DNA of 64,000 nt from Phoronis australis. Lineage: Eukaryota; Animalia; Phoronida. Below are positions 41,860 through 53,824 of the stretch, piece after piece. The notes under the pieces are model-generated. The model saw nothing but the letters and a program-made list of their open reading frames with translations. It had not been told where the DNA came from and did no database searches. Numbering within the stretch: the first letter of the stretch is position 1; each line of letters starts with the position of its first letter. The stretch lies in the NCBI GenBank assembly GCA_002633005.1, contig NMRA01000721.1, positions 84,745 through 148,744 on the forward strand, written 5' to 3'. Position numbers and translations under genes: made by a program.

Positions 41860-44800
41860 AATGTGCAACTTGGGAATCCAGACTCTGTGATTTATTAAAG
41901 AGTTATATAGCGGTTTCATCAAAGGACACCTATGGTCGGTATTTGGCACCTGAAGAGAGCGCACCCATCACAATGTTCCTTGTTGCTTAGTTACTGAAAA
42001 ATCAGTTCTTGATTAAATCTAGGATTGTTAGTTCAAAGACGAATGTAAGTTACGTCTTTTGTGTAGTCTATACCTGTATGACTTTTCAAAAACTTCCACA
42101 CTAAATTTACATAATATAATGTTTCAATAATATGACTTTGGCCGGGTGAGGAAAGCGAAGACCTTGTTGAAAAGCGTAATCATAAAAATGAACTAGCGGT
42201 AACTTCTTAATAAATTATGAAAACAGCGATAATTTGCATTACTGTAAACAAGCGACACTGCCACCTATTTTACGATTGTTATGTTGCTAAAGAGTCTGCA
42301 CTGTGAAAAATAAAAATATAACTTAGTTCCTGACAAATAGTCAATGTTACGTAGATCACCTCCTTTCATAGTTGTCAGTGTTAGAGAAAGAAAAGCGACA
42401 ACTTGATAACAAGCAGAAAATTTGGGTCTGCTAAAGGAACGAGTGAAATGATTATAGCAACAGAAGAAACTAACCTACAGCGTTTTTGTCGACCGAAGAT
42501 TACGAGTGTCGTACCGCCCAAGCGCCAGAAATTTTTGAATTTAGTCGACTGCAAATTTAAGAGTGTCGCAAAACAATATACATTCTGTTTTTTTTTCTTT
42601 ATTCTTTAATTTCTTTAAGAGAACGGAAAGTGAGCGATATATTAAAAATTGCAGGCGGTCTGATACACGTAGTACCAGGCGGGCGCAGGCCTCGCATGTG
42701 GACACATTGCACTGATCACCTGGAAATATTTTTATGCTTTATTCATATATGGTTAAAACCGAGCTGAGGAGCTAGAAACCTGGCTCAAGGGTTTAGCAGT
42801 GTGACCTGGTGGGACTCAAACCCACGACCTCGAGTAAAGAAAGCAGGCACTTATCAACCAGGCCACACTGCCTCCTCGAGCGATATATTACGTGCTATGC
42901 TAGTTTTGCCGTGAGTTAAAAACATGAAGACTTTGACTTAGTGCACTGCTGGAAAAATAAAAATACGACAGTTTGTCAAGAGCAGGATTGTGTGTGCATT
43001 GTACTTTATTGGTAAAGCTAAGCATAGGATTATTTATTTACCGATATACCATACACTATAACTATAACTACTTAAAAAACTAGAATACACTAAAGTGCCA
43101 CGGACTGAACACGTGATGCAAAAGCACGTTGTTTACTCAGTTTATGAATGATAGCTCACGATTGCTTGACGACGTACCAAGGTGTGTTCGACACCTACGT
43201 GTACTTTGTATTTTACAAAGCGCTACCAACTGTACCTATATGATTGTGACATTTTTTAATCAGATTTGTCATTTGCATTATTTACGTTAAGAGTGAGGCA
43301 AGATACTGCTAAGCTCATCAAGATGTCTAAAAACTCGTACTCAAATATATCCGCCTAAGCCTGAAGAAAAACAAAACGATGAACATGATCAAAAGCGCAC
43401 TCACCATGACTAACTAAATTCGCCGAATCAACTGCAACTGAGCAAACGAAATAGTCTGTTATTCCCTTGCGAGTTTGTAAAAGCCTAGGAAAGCGAGGAT
43501 TCCACTCCTTGATTTTGTTTTTCGTTTTATCACTCTAAAATTAACCGTTTTGGCTCTACTAAAGTCATGTTTTTGAACATGGGTAATAAATTTATAATCC
43601 TATAAAAGCCATGTTTACAAGTAAAGGCAACCTCGCCGACAAAATGAACACCATCGAGACTCACATACCGCCATATTTTGTTTAAACAACCGAAATAGGG
43701 CATCAACCTGAACTTTTGAAACATAAAAAATACCATCTCGGTGATTCATTTGTCAATTTCAAGGTTTTTAGTTAAGCTGAACACAGTACACATTAGCACC
43801 ATTTCAATTCCTGGTTGAACTGCACATGTAAATAAAAGCTAAGTGGTCTATTTTCAGTCAGATTAGCGAAAGGAATTGTCTGATACTTAATCGAGGACAT
43901 AATGAAGCAACTTTGATTTATTTTAATCAAATCTAACGGATACTTTGTTGCTGTCAAGCTATTTTGGGTGTTAGAAGAGCGATGTGACTCTCGATAAGGC
44001 AGGTGAAAAATGTACATGTATAGAAAGTAAACAAAATTGATACGCCATGTAATCTTATTCATTTTTAATAATCATAATGAATGATCCTAATCCTTGAGCC
44101 AACTGGGTGTGATCGTTATTTTTCAACGAACGTTAGTCATTTGCAGCTGGCACACCACTGGCTTACGTAAACTATTTGGTCCTTTCTTTTTTAATTTTTG
44201 CAAACTGATTTCGCTCAAGCAGATGCTCGGTCTATATCATGTCAACTGAATTTGTCCATTCTTCTGTCACAGTAGGATTAGCCTTCAGGTATCAATATCT
44301 GTGTTGCTGATCGAATACACGAATAGTCAGATTGCCACTGACATTTATTCGACCGCTTAAGCATATGCTGTACATGCGTGTGATATATTTACTTGTCACA
44401 TTGTAATGCACTTTACTTCTTTCGAGTAAACCAAGGAAATCGTAACCCACTGCACAACATAACAAGTGCGTTCCGTGCTTAGGAAATAAAGAAAGTGTTT
44501 CACATATACTTGTAGACGCATGCTTATGCCTTGCTTATAGGCACAGGTGAAAATCCGTTGTATATGTGCGCATAATTATTTTTTTATACTTTTGTATTTT
44601 TTTAAATCCACGCGTTTGCGTAACTTTGTGCACATAAGGTAAAAATGTATAAAACAGACATATTGGCTCACAAGGCAAATATTGGAATTGTGTACACTGT
44701 ACATGTATAAGAAAATCAATAAAACTTTTGCTGACATGACAGTTATTGCCTCGGCCCTAAAGCAAGCTTCACTAAATTTCCGAGTGGTGGCACCCGTCGA

Positions 44801-47270
44801 CATCTAAGCACGACTAATGTATGCAAAGTTGAACGGACTGGCACAAATAACATTAAATAACTGAACAGGTTTGTGTAAATGATACTTTGGTGACAATTTC
44901 AGTGAAGATAGCTAGAAAAATTTGCAAAATACAAACCGAAAGAAACGATGATGATATATTTCATTCACAAAAATAAATTTGTAATCCAACGAACTTTGGT
45001 AGCTTTTCACTGAATGATTAGGGCAATTTGAATCTATTGTTTATACTTATGATAACATAAGATGTGGTCGAACAAAAACATGTTGCCACCAATCACTAAC
45101 ATATCTTTAGTGAACATGGAAGTAAATGTTCCGGAAATGGATTCAGATTACGTACAAAATTAAAGCTGTGTTAAAATTGAGGTGAGTATAAATTATACAT
45201 GTAATGTATGTCGTGATCTAAAACTGTGGTAACCTGGACAATCAGCACTAACGTTTATACGAATATTGAGCGCTTAGATGAAGAGAACACAACACTTGAA
45301 AATTAAAGTTAAGTCGGAATGTGTTTTCAATATTTTTTAAAGTTCTGTCTTGCTACACAATGTGATTTACATTGGTGTTTTACCTGTTTGACAACTGCGA
45401 CATTGACACGTTTTTCAAAAATTACTTCCAAGACTGTTCGTTCGTTAACCATTCTCAGACGCTACGTAAACTGATGTGTCACCATCACAATAAATGAAAC
45501 GATTCAAATGCACGCGTCTACTGCTGTGCGTTTCTTTCAAATATGCTCAAATCTTCCACACGTTCTAGCAATCGACCATCTTTATAAAATTAGCGTTGTT
45601 TGTTTCGTGATTGGCACATTTTTAGAATCTTTCCAAAAAATATACACGACAAGTTCACCAAGTAATACCGCAAAAGTCCATTTTCGCACACGAAATTGTT
45701 TCACTTAATTCATGTCGGCTGTCTAATTCAATTCTTCCACAAAATGTAGATTTGCAAACGTTCACTTTATGGACAACATTGGCTGCGTTCTGAGAGTAAT
45801 TTGCGTGAAAGTTGATTTTTTCAGATGCCAATATTTAGAGTTTCCAACCAAATAAATATTCGATAGGTAAGGACTCACAACCCTTTTGCGCACAGCGTGT
45901 TGGACATACACGGCGTGTGGAATTAACTTCTTAAACCGTCCATACTGTATGCATTGACTGGAAGAATTCGGACTTTGCAGTCCCGGAGAGAAAAGAAAGA
46001 CGTGCCATTTCTCTCCCGTACGCCACAATGATTGTAAAGGATGTCCAACTTCGAATCCAGAAACTGCATCATGCTTTATTGAAGCGTTATATGACGGTTT
46101 CATCAAAGGACACGCGTGGCCATCAGCGGGCAAACTAAGTTAGGTGCCGTAAAAATCCGTTATTGAGTAAATATTCGAGGAATAATAAATGGACGTCAAA
46201 ATCCATGTCAAATGTCAATTACGTCTATTATATGAGCTATACTTTGATATTTCCGAATTTTAACGTTTTGTTTCAATAAAATGAATTTGAACGCACGAGG
46301 AAAGTACAGGCACTATTGGCATGCGTATTAATCTGTGAAATGAATTTCTTCATCAACTGTTAAAAACGTCGACACTTAGGATTCCTGTAGACAAGAGACA
46401 CTAAGGAGTCTGCGCTGTGAAAACTAACAAAATAACAATATTCATGACACATAGTCAATGTTATTTAGTTCAGCTACTGAATAGTTGTCAGTATTAGAGA
46501 AGGAAAATTGAAAACTTGATATAAAGCGGTAAAACTGGGTCTGCCAGAAAACGGGTGAGATAATCGTAGCAACAGAAGAAACGACCCGTTTAATCGAACT
46601 AGTCGAACGAACATTACGAGTACTGTAATGACCACAACAGCTCGAAACTTTTGTGTTTAGCCGACTGGAAATATACAGTGTATGAGTGCCATTTTCTTTA
46701 GCAGAACTGAAAGTGAGGGCTATAGCCTGGAATGTGCCGGATTTATCATGAGTCAGTACACCTGAACATTTTCACGGTGTGCACTGCTGGAACAATCAAA
46801 AAAATACGACAGTTTGCCACGATCAGTATAACTGGCAATTGTACTGTACTCTATCGGAAAAAAAACAAAATGACCAAAATGATTCACAAACGTATTCACT
46901 TTGGTCAACTAAAATCGCTGAATCAAGTGCAACTGAGCAAACGAAATAATTTGTTATTTCCTTGCGAGTTTGCAAAATTCTAGGAAAGCAAAGGTTCCAC
47001 ACGTTGGTTTTGTTTCCCGTTTTATTGATACAAAAATAACCGCTTTTGCTCTACTGAAGGCATGTTTTGTTAACTTCGGTAATAAATATATCATCTTATA
47101 AATACCATGTTTACCAGTAAAGTCAACTTCAACGACACATGTACACCATCGAGACTCACATACCGCCATCTTTTGTTTAAACAACGAGGCACAAATACTG
47201 GCATCAATCTGAACTTTTGAAACATAAAAATTACCATCTAAGTGATTTATTTGTCAATTTCAATTTTTAG
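41860..47270. repeat. Diverged direct duplication (about 41860-43775 vs 46040-47270)
   Basis: Shared cggtttcatcaaaggacac, atagtcaatgtta, tagcaacagaagaaac, gcaactgagcaaacgaaata, catcgagactcacataccgccat. Confidence 0.8.
42645..42877 (-). mobile_element. tRNA-derived SINE with 13-bp target-site duplication
   Basis: Minus-strand head GAGGAGGCAGTG-TGGCCTGGTTG (A-box-like)...GGTTTGAGTCCC (B-box-like)-ACCAGGTCACACTGC; flanked by GAGCGATATATTA at 42632-42644 and 42878-42890. Confidence 0.85.
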
Positions 47271-48767
47271 CGAAGCAGGCACCCATTCGTAATTAATCTA
47301 TTTTTCTGCAAGATATCCCGGCATAAATTTGAATTCTTTTAGCTTGAAGTTGGCAAACTTAAATAATTGTGTTGATATTATAAGGGTACAAAACGTGTCA
47401 CTTATAACAAACAGTCAGTATTCATCGCTTTGTTACTGCATGTGGCGATTATGAAGGGATTCCCAGAGCAAAATACACTGACATCACTGGCTTGCGCACA
47501 GAGCAGCAATAGCAGTTTGAATGAAAATGGCTTTCACCAACACGTTTCATGGCATATAAATAAATCAATGACGCTTCGATTAAATAACTGAAACTAAATA
47601 TGTACAGAAGTGGTTTTAAAGCAAGATGTAGGTCTTTTTGATGGAATAGTTTGTTGATAAATGAACAAATCCTCAAACTCAGAGTAGCGTGTGAGCACTA
47701 CCCACAAAACTGTAAAATCAGTTCCGAACATCAGGTGTATTCATTCTCCAATGTGGTGGACCTTGGATAAGTTCCTACATCATTTTGAAGTTACTGTTGT
47801 ACATTTTAAAAGCAGTACATTAGATTTTTGGACTGGTTAATGTATGTTTGACACATGAAACTTTTGATAACGTGGCCATCAACACAAATCACGTCCATAT
47901 CTATTCAAGTTGTTTCAAAAAGAAATCACGTACAACTCAAGCTCCGCATGGAAATGATGAAATACATCCTTATATCTTTAAAACATTCCGCAGCTAAACA
48001 ATAAAACTTGCTTACTTAGCAAAAAGACGAGAGATCAACGAGATGAAGCACGATGCCATATTTTTGAAACAAGTGAAGCAGACGACAGGTAAAAAGCACA
48101 GTACTGTTTCCGACAACAAAATTCACGCAAAAATCGTAAACAAACCAGCTTCAGTGTATACACAATTTAAAGCACCTGCGCATGTATACACAGACTTTGG
48201 ATTTACATGTATTGTGGATCACAGCTCGTTTTCTAAGTTCAGAGGGCTCGGCTTGGCACCGTGATAAAAGGACTTGTGCTTTCGACGGACTGCCCGGGGC
48301 TTTGCCTCAGTCACGCCCTAGATTTCAACATCATAGAATAGTAAATCCGACCATGGCAGGAACATACACGGTTGTGTGGTGAGGTTGAAATACATGTACA
48401 GTTAAGCCATGGGGTTAAAACACATGGATAAATTGATTGCTAAATTATCGTTATATTAAACTAGGCAAGACTAAAACCTTCCAAGATTTCCTTCCTAAAC
48501 GCGCATCTGATTCCTTGCAGTGAACCGATTAAAAACCTGCTTGTTTTATAATTAAAGTGAGAAAATCTGAACCTGTGGCTGTTGTCTGCCGGTGAAAGCG
48601 CGTTTGGTCTGTTTTTATTTTGTGCTGAATTATTACATTGTACGTAGGAGAGAGATCATTTTGACAAGGTATTTATTACGAATAAATAGTTTTACGAACT
48701 CATATTACATTTAAAACACATTTATTGCAGTCTCAACTATTCAAAGAGTGCAACACTCTTGCAATAC

Positions 48768-48869
48768 CTCGTTGACGGTATTGATGTCACATCCGCTTTC
48801 CCTGCACAGTAGTTTCACTACCTCTGTATGTCCACCTGCTGATGCCACGTGCAGCGGTGTGTCACCCGA
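48768..48869 (-). CDS. Ankyrin-repeat exon 6 (SGDTPLHVASAGGHTEVVKLLCRESGCDINTVNE), 102 bp, phase 0
   Basis: ttactgtag acceptor, gtattg donor, canonical G.TPLH.A...GH..VV..L motif. Confidence 0.92.
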
Positions 48870-49422
48870 CTACAGTAAGTGAACAAAAATAGATAATGTT
48901 GATCAGCATTATACAGTAGTGATGTGGGTGGGTGAAAAAGTCGTCGAGTTTTATACTTTGCCAGTTGAAACTTCAACATCAGTTGCAATACTGATGAAGG
49001 GTGTGACTCAACAGGACGAGACTAAAACCTGACATTTAAACTCAGAAAAAACTTGCGCGGGATTTTTTAAAATTCCTCTGATCTGATGTAGTGGTGATTG
49101 AAAAGAGTGTTTCAAATATAACAACTTGATCTCATACATTACAACAGATCGACATTCATTTAATGAGTGCTGTGGAAATGCAAGTAAAGAACCAAGTCAC
49201 TGTGCAAGTCTAGGTGAACTAAAAACTGTTTATAATTAGTTAAAGTCGCGTGCACGTCACGTCACGTGCGGTGGAATGCAACAAAAATGTCAATCTTTAA
49301 AATGAAATCATAAATCACGATTAATTAAATCATTGAATGATTCAGCCAAGTCACATGTTGTGTGTTCATCATCCTTATGTAAACAACTAGTTCAATTAAA
49401 CAACCTGTGTGTCATTACTTAC

Positions 49423-49521
49423 CTTATTACGTACATCTACACTGGCCTTGTTGGCCAACATCACCTTCACTGTGGCTGTATGACCATACCGTGCTGCCGT
49501 GTGCAGCGGTGTCCGGCCCCA
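49423..49521 (-). CDS. Ankyrin-repeat exon 5 (WGRTPLHTAARYGHTATVKVMLANKASVDVRNK), 99 bp, phase 0
   Basis: ttacatag acceptor, gtaagt donor, 33-aa ankyrin consensus. Confidence 0.95.
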
Positions 49522-49882
49522 CTATGTAATAAATAATGGAGATGTGTGAATGGACGATCAAAGTTTAGAGCTAATTAACATACACGGGGGAAATTGAACT
49601 TGTAAGGTGACATAAATGAAACATTACTGACCCCTCTAAGACGCCACAATACTTGACATGTAATGAATTCAAGAATCAAGTTTTACAGATTTTAAAACGT
49701 TACAGAACATGTTACAACTCTACGCAGCTTTGGTTCTTCACCAAGAAAAGCAGACGACATTGAACTTATTGATTTTGGACAATAAATTGTGAAAAATATC
49801 AACAAAATGTGTTCCTAAACATTTTAAACTATCCTTATGTTAACAACTAGTTCAACTAAACAACCAGTGTGTCATTACTTAC

Positions 49883-49981
49883 CTTATCACGTACATCTAC
49901 ACTGGCCTTGTTGGCCAACATCACCTCCACTGTGTCTGTATGACCCTCCCCTGCTGCCCAGTGCAGCGGTGTCCCGCCCCT
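49883..49981 (-). CDS. Ankyrin-repeat exon 4 (RGGTPLHWAAGEGHTDTVEVMLANKASVDVRDK), 99 bp, phase 0
   Basis: ttacacag acceptor, gtaagt donor. Confidence 0.95.
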
Positions 49982-50595
49982 CTGTGTAATATATAATGGA
50001 GATGTGTGAATGGACGATCAACGTTTAGAGCTAATTAACATACACGGGGGAAATTGAACTTGTAAGGTGACATAAATGCAACATTAATGACCCCTATAAG
50101 ACGCTACAATACTTGTAATGATTTCAAGAATCAACATGAGTGCTTCAGATTTTAAAACGTTGCTGTAACAACAGAACATGCTTTGGCCGTTCTACGCAAC
50201 TTTGGCAATTCACGAATGTAAAGCAGACGACATTCAATTTGTTGTGCTTTTGGGACATTAAATTGAGAAAAAGATCAAGGAAATGTGTCCCTAAACATTT
50301 TAAACTATCCTTATATAAACTATCCTTATATTAAACATTACTGACCCCTCTAAGACGCTACAATACTTGTAATGATTTTAAGAATCAAGTGTTACAGATT
50401 TTAAAACGATACAGAACATGTTACAACTCTACGCAGCTTTGGTTCTTCACCAAAAAAAGCAGACAACATTGAACTTGTCATTGTTTTTGGACAATAAATT
50501 GTGAAAAATATCAACAAAATATGTTCCTAAACAGTTTTAATCATCGTGTTTGTTAACAACGAGTTCAACTAAACAACATGTGTGTCATTACTTAC

Positions 50596-50694
50596 CTCAG
50601 TACGTACATCTACACTGGCCTTGTTGGCCAACAACTTCTTCACTATGTCTGTATGACCACCCTCTGCTGCCCAGTGCAGCGGTGTCTCGCTCGA
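50596..50694 (-). CDS. Ankyrin-repeat exon 3 (SSETPLHWAAEGGHTDIVKKLLANKASVDVRTE), 99 bp, phase 0
   Basis: ttacatag acceptor, gtaagt donor. Confidence 0.95.
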
Positions 50695-51051
50695 CTATGT
50701 AATATATAATGGAGATGTGTGAATGGACGATCAACGTTGAGAGCTAATTAACATACACGGGGGAAATTGAACTTGTAAGGTGACATAAATGCAACATTAC
50801 TGACCCCTCTAAGACGCTACAATACTTGTAATGAATTCAAGAATCAAGTTTTACAGATTTTAAAACGTTACAGAACATGTTACAACTCTACGCAGCTTTG
50901 GTTCTTCACCAAGAAAAGCAGACGACATTGAACTTTTTGTTTTTGGACAATAAATTGTGAAAAATATCAACAAAATGTGTTCCTAAACAGTTTTAATCAT
51001 CGTGTGTGTAAACAACTAGTTCAACTAAACAACCTGCGTGTCATTACTTAC

Positions 51052-51150
51052 CTTATCACGTACATCTACACTGGCCTTGTTGGCCAACATCACCTTCACT
51101 GTGTCTGTATGACCACGCCGTGCTGCCCTGTACAGCGGTGTCATGCCCAT
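51052..51150 (-). CDS. Ankyrin-repeat exon 2 (MGMTPLYRAARRGHTDTVKVMLANKASVDVRDK), 99 bp, phase 0
   Basis: ttacatag acceptor, gtaagt donor. Confidence 0.95.
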
Positions 51151-51722
51151 CTATGTAATATATAATGGAGATGTGTGAATGGACGATCAACGTTTAGAGC
51201 TAATTAACATACACGGGGAAAAGTGAACTTGTAATGTGACATGAATGAAACATTACTGACCCCTCTAAGACGCTACAATACTTGTAATGATTTCAAGAAC
51301 CAAGTGTTACAGATTTTAAAACGTTGCTGTATCAACATAACATGTTGTAGAATGTAGACGTCGATTGCCAGAAATTACAGAGTTCCTGCATAACTTGACA
51401 GCGATCCCGCCATGTTGTATTTCTTCACCGATTTTCTGGCTTCGTGTTTAATATAAAGTTGTAATGTTGAATGGACGATTGTCATTAAGAATAGAAAAGA
51501 GTCAACTTTAAGACCACAAATATATTGTTGACACAATTCAAACCTCGATGTTTCTTAAGATGCATGTACACAGTACAGATTGAAAAATACTTGTTGAAAT
51601 CATGAGATATGAAAAGTGTTTTTACACACAAAATATTTATTTAAACTTCAGATAGTCTACAGCTTTTGTAACAAAGATAACATTGTCTTAATTCTAATGT
51701 CGTCTCAAGTAGTTTCTATTAC

Positions 51723-51818
51723 CTTGTCTTGCACGTCTACATTGGCCCCACCCTGCACCAGCACCCTCACCACCTCCGACCTGCCCCTCTCTGCTGCTTT
51801 GTGAAGTGCTGTGCGGCC
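51723..51818 (-). CDS. Ankyrin-repeat exon 1 of those visible (GRTALHKAAERGRSEVVRVLVQGGANVDVQDK), 96 bp, phase 0
   Basis: ttgtttctgcag acceptor, gtaata donor, ankyrin consensus; the upstream start exon was not identified. Confidence 0.92.
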
Positions 51819-52469
51819 CTGCAGAAACAATGAACAAGTTATAGCAAAATTTACAATCACTAATTTCACTGTGAATCCTAATTACTTGTCATGCAAAGGT
51901 TGAAATACAATTGTATACAGAATTACCAAATTTATTCTCTGTTAACCGGGTAATATATTACTCGTGGTTGGAATAGATCATCATTTTAAAGAACAGTATA
52001 TCTACCCGAATACCTGCTGCGTGTATCAATTCAAAAACACGGTGAAACTAACTTAGAAATCCAGTTTCACTCCTCCCCCAGGTCCAAAATAGTTTCTAAC
52101 AAATTTAGGTCACTAACAAACAGGAATAGAATTAAGACAGAACACCAATACATGATTAAAATGATATTGGATTAGGTTATTATTAAAATACAACTGAAGT
52201 GTGAAGTAGTTTAAGGAAAATAACACAATTAAGCAATCCTTGGTATATGATGTGTTACTGGTTAAGAACAAGTACACAGAGAACAATTCAACTTGTTAAT
52301 GACAATGGTATTGAACAAATTGCTAAGTGAGAAAACGTCCTGGAACAGGACAAACTCTTCTCTACAAATTAAACACATTTTACCAAAACCATTCCTCTTA
52401 TCAAGATTGATGTTCAGCAAAGTCAATACATCACGTAATTCCCATTTTGCCAAAAAATGCAAACGCATT

Positions 52470-53753
52470 GTTCTGCTGTTCTGAGTCTCCAGACGTCGAG
52501 GCAGTGACCTGGCCAAGAGAACTGCTGCTTTTAAAAGAGCGCTTTGCCGGCCAGTTTTCGCGTGTACACGCGATAAATTGATACATTAACCTGTTCTTGA
52601 ATATATTTAAAGGGGCATTTCCTTATCGCGAGGAATCAATTAAAGAGACTATGACCATGACAAATATCATGAAACTGGTTGTATCTTGAGTTTTTTGACA
52701 CTCGTTTGACATTGTAAATATTGTAATTCGGCATGGACACCGTTTCCTATCTTGCATAAAAATACTGGCGCGATCGTTGATTTACCTTATTCAACATTTT
52801 ATTTTTGATATTCCGTAAAGAATGAAAAGTCAAAAATATACGGTGTCCAAGACTTTCATATTCTGTATGGAACGATCACGACCTTTTTATGACAAGCAAA
52901 CAAGGAATACAAAAAGGTCAACATCAACATCAGCTGCATTTTGATGTTACGCCTCTACTTGCCGACGGTCACTTGGACCCGACCGTTACTTGGATAGAAT
53001 ATAGAAAACAGACGTAAAAATAACGTGCAAAAATGCAAAATTATGTGTCATAGAGTCATATCCTCCATACCAAAAACAATGATAACATGTTGCACCGGTA
53101 AAACATTTGCCTTTTTGAAATGATCTAAATAAATCTTTTAAATTTCACTGTTTATTAAAATTACCCAAGAAGTACAATGCGTGGTGGTATATCAGTAAAC
53201 TTATAAAAGAGGCATGGAACGCGAATGTTTGGCAAATATATCTTTTAAAGAAATTGTCATGAAAGTAGAACCTCGCAACGTCTAATACAGAGGAATTCAT
53301 TTTCCTCTTGTTAATAAATTTACAGAAAAATCAAACATTTTACAATTTTTGAAATACGTTTTAAGAAAAAAAACTCTGTAGTCAAAACGCATTTTCTAGT
53401 CTCACTCCAACATATGATAAATGGGCTTATGCGCTCATAGTCAGTTCTTAGAAGTCGCTTGATGTCAACGACCAAATTTTCCATATTGTAACCTTGTCCA
53501 AAACCCCATTTAGAACGACTGCATGTCAAAAAACTCAAATTGAAGAATTATACCATTATGGTGATTGGCCATGGTCTCTTTAATTGGTTTATCGTGATAA
53601 GAAAATGCCCCTTTAAATATATTCAAGTACAGGCAAATGTATCACTTGATCGCGTGTACAAGTGAAAACTGTAGCCTATGTGAAATCGCTATTTTTAAAA
53701 TCAACTCTTCGTCTACCAGTGCCACGTAGTTTCAAGACGGATAAGAGCAGAAC
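52470..53753. mobile_element. MITE/foldback-like element with about 190-bp imperfect terminal inverted repeats
   Basis: ttgaatatatttaaaggggcattt (52597) pairs with aaatgcccctttaaatatattcaa (53603); tgtacacgcga pairs with tcgcgtgtaca; the internal segment 52830-53190 recurs at 55540-55870. Confidence 0.75.
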
Positions 53754-53824
53754 CCTGACCCTAACCCCGATCCCTAACCCCGAACCCTAACTCTGACCAT
53801 AACGACAACCACTACAAACATTAA

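Larger units (their letters stand above)
49370..51345. repeat. Tandem array of about 456-460 bp exon+intron units carrying ankyrin exons
   Basis: The intron block (c)tatgtaatatataatggagatgtgtgaatggacgatcaacgtttagagctaattaacatacacggggg recurs at 49522, 49982, 50695 and 51151. Confidence 0.95.

Noticed and set aside
42790-42877. Functional tRNA gene
   Set aside because: Imperfect A/B boxes, no convincing cloverleaf, and it is embedded in a TSD-flanked SINE.
49423-51150. Diversity-generating retroelement (template/variable repeat) mechanism
   Set aside because: Substitutions are not adenine-specific, and there is no invariant template repeat or intact reverse transcriptase in the window.
49333-51804. 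Plus-strand Cys/His-rich ORFs (49333, 50977, 51616)
   Set aside because: Antisense shadows of the minus-strand ankyrin exons.
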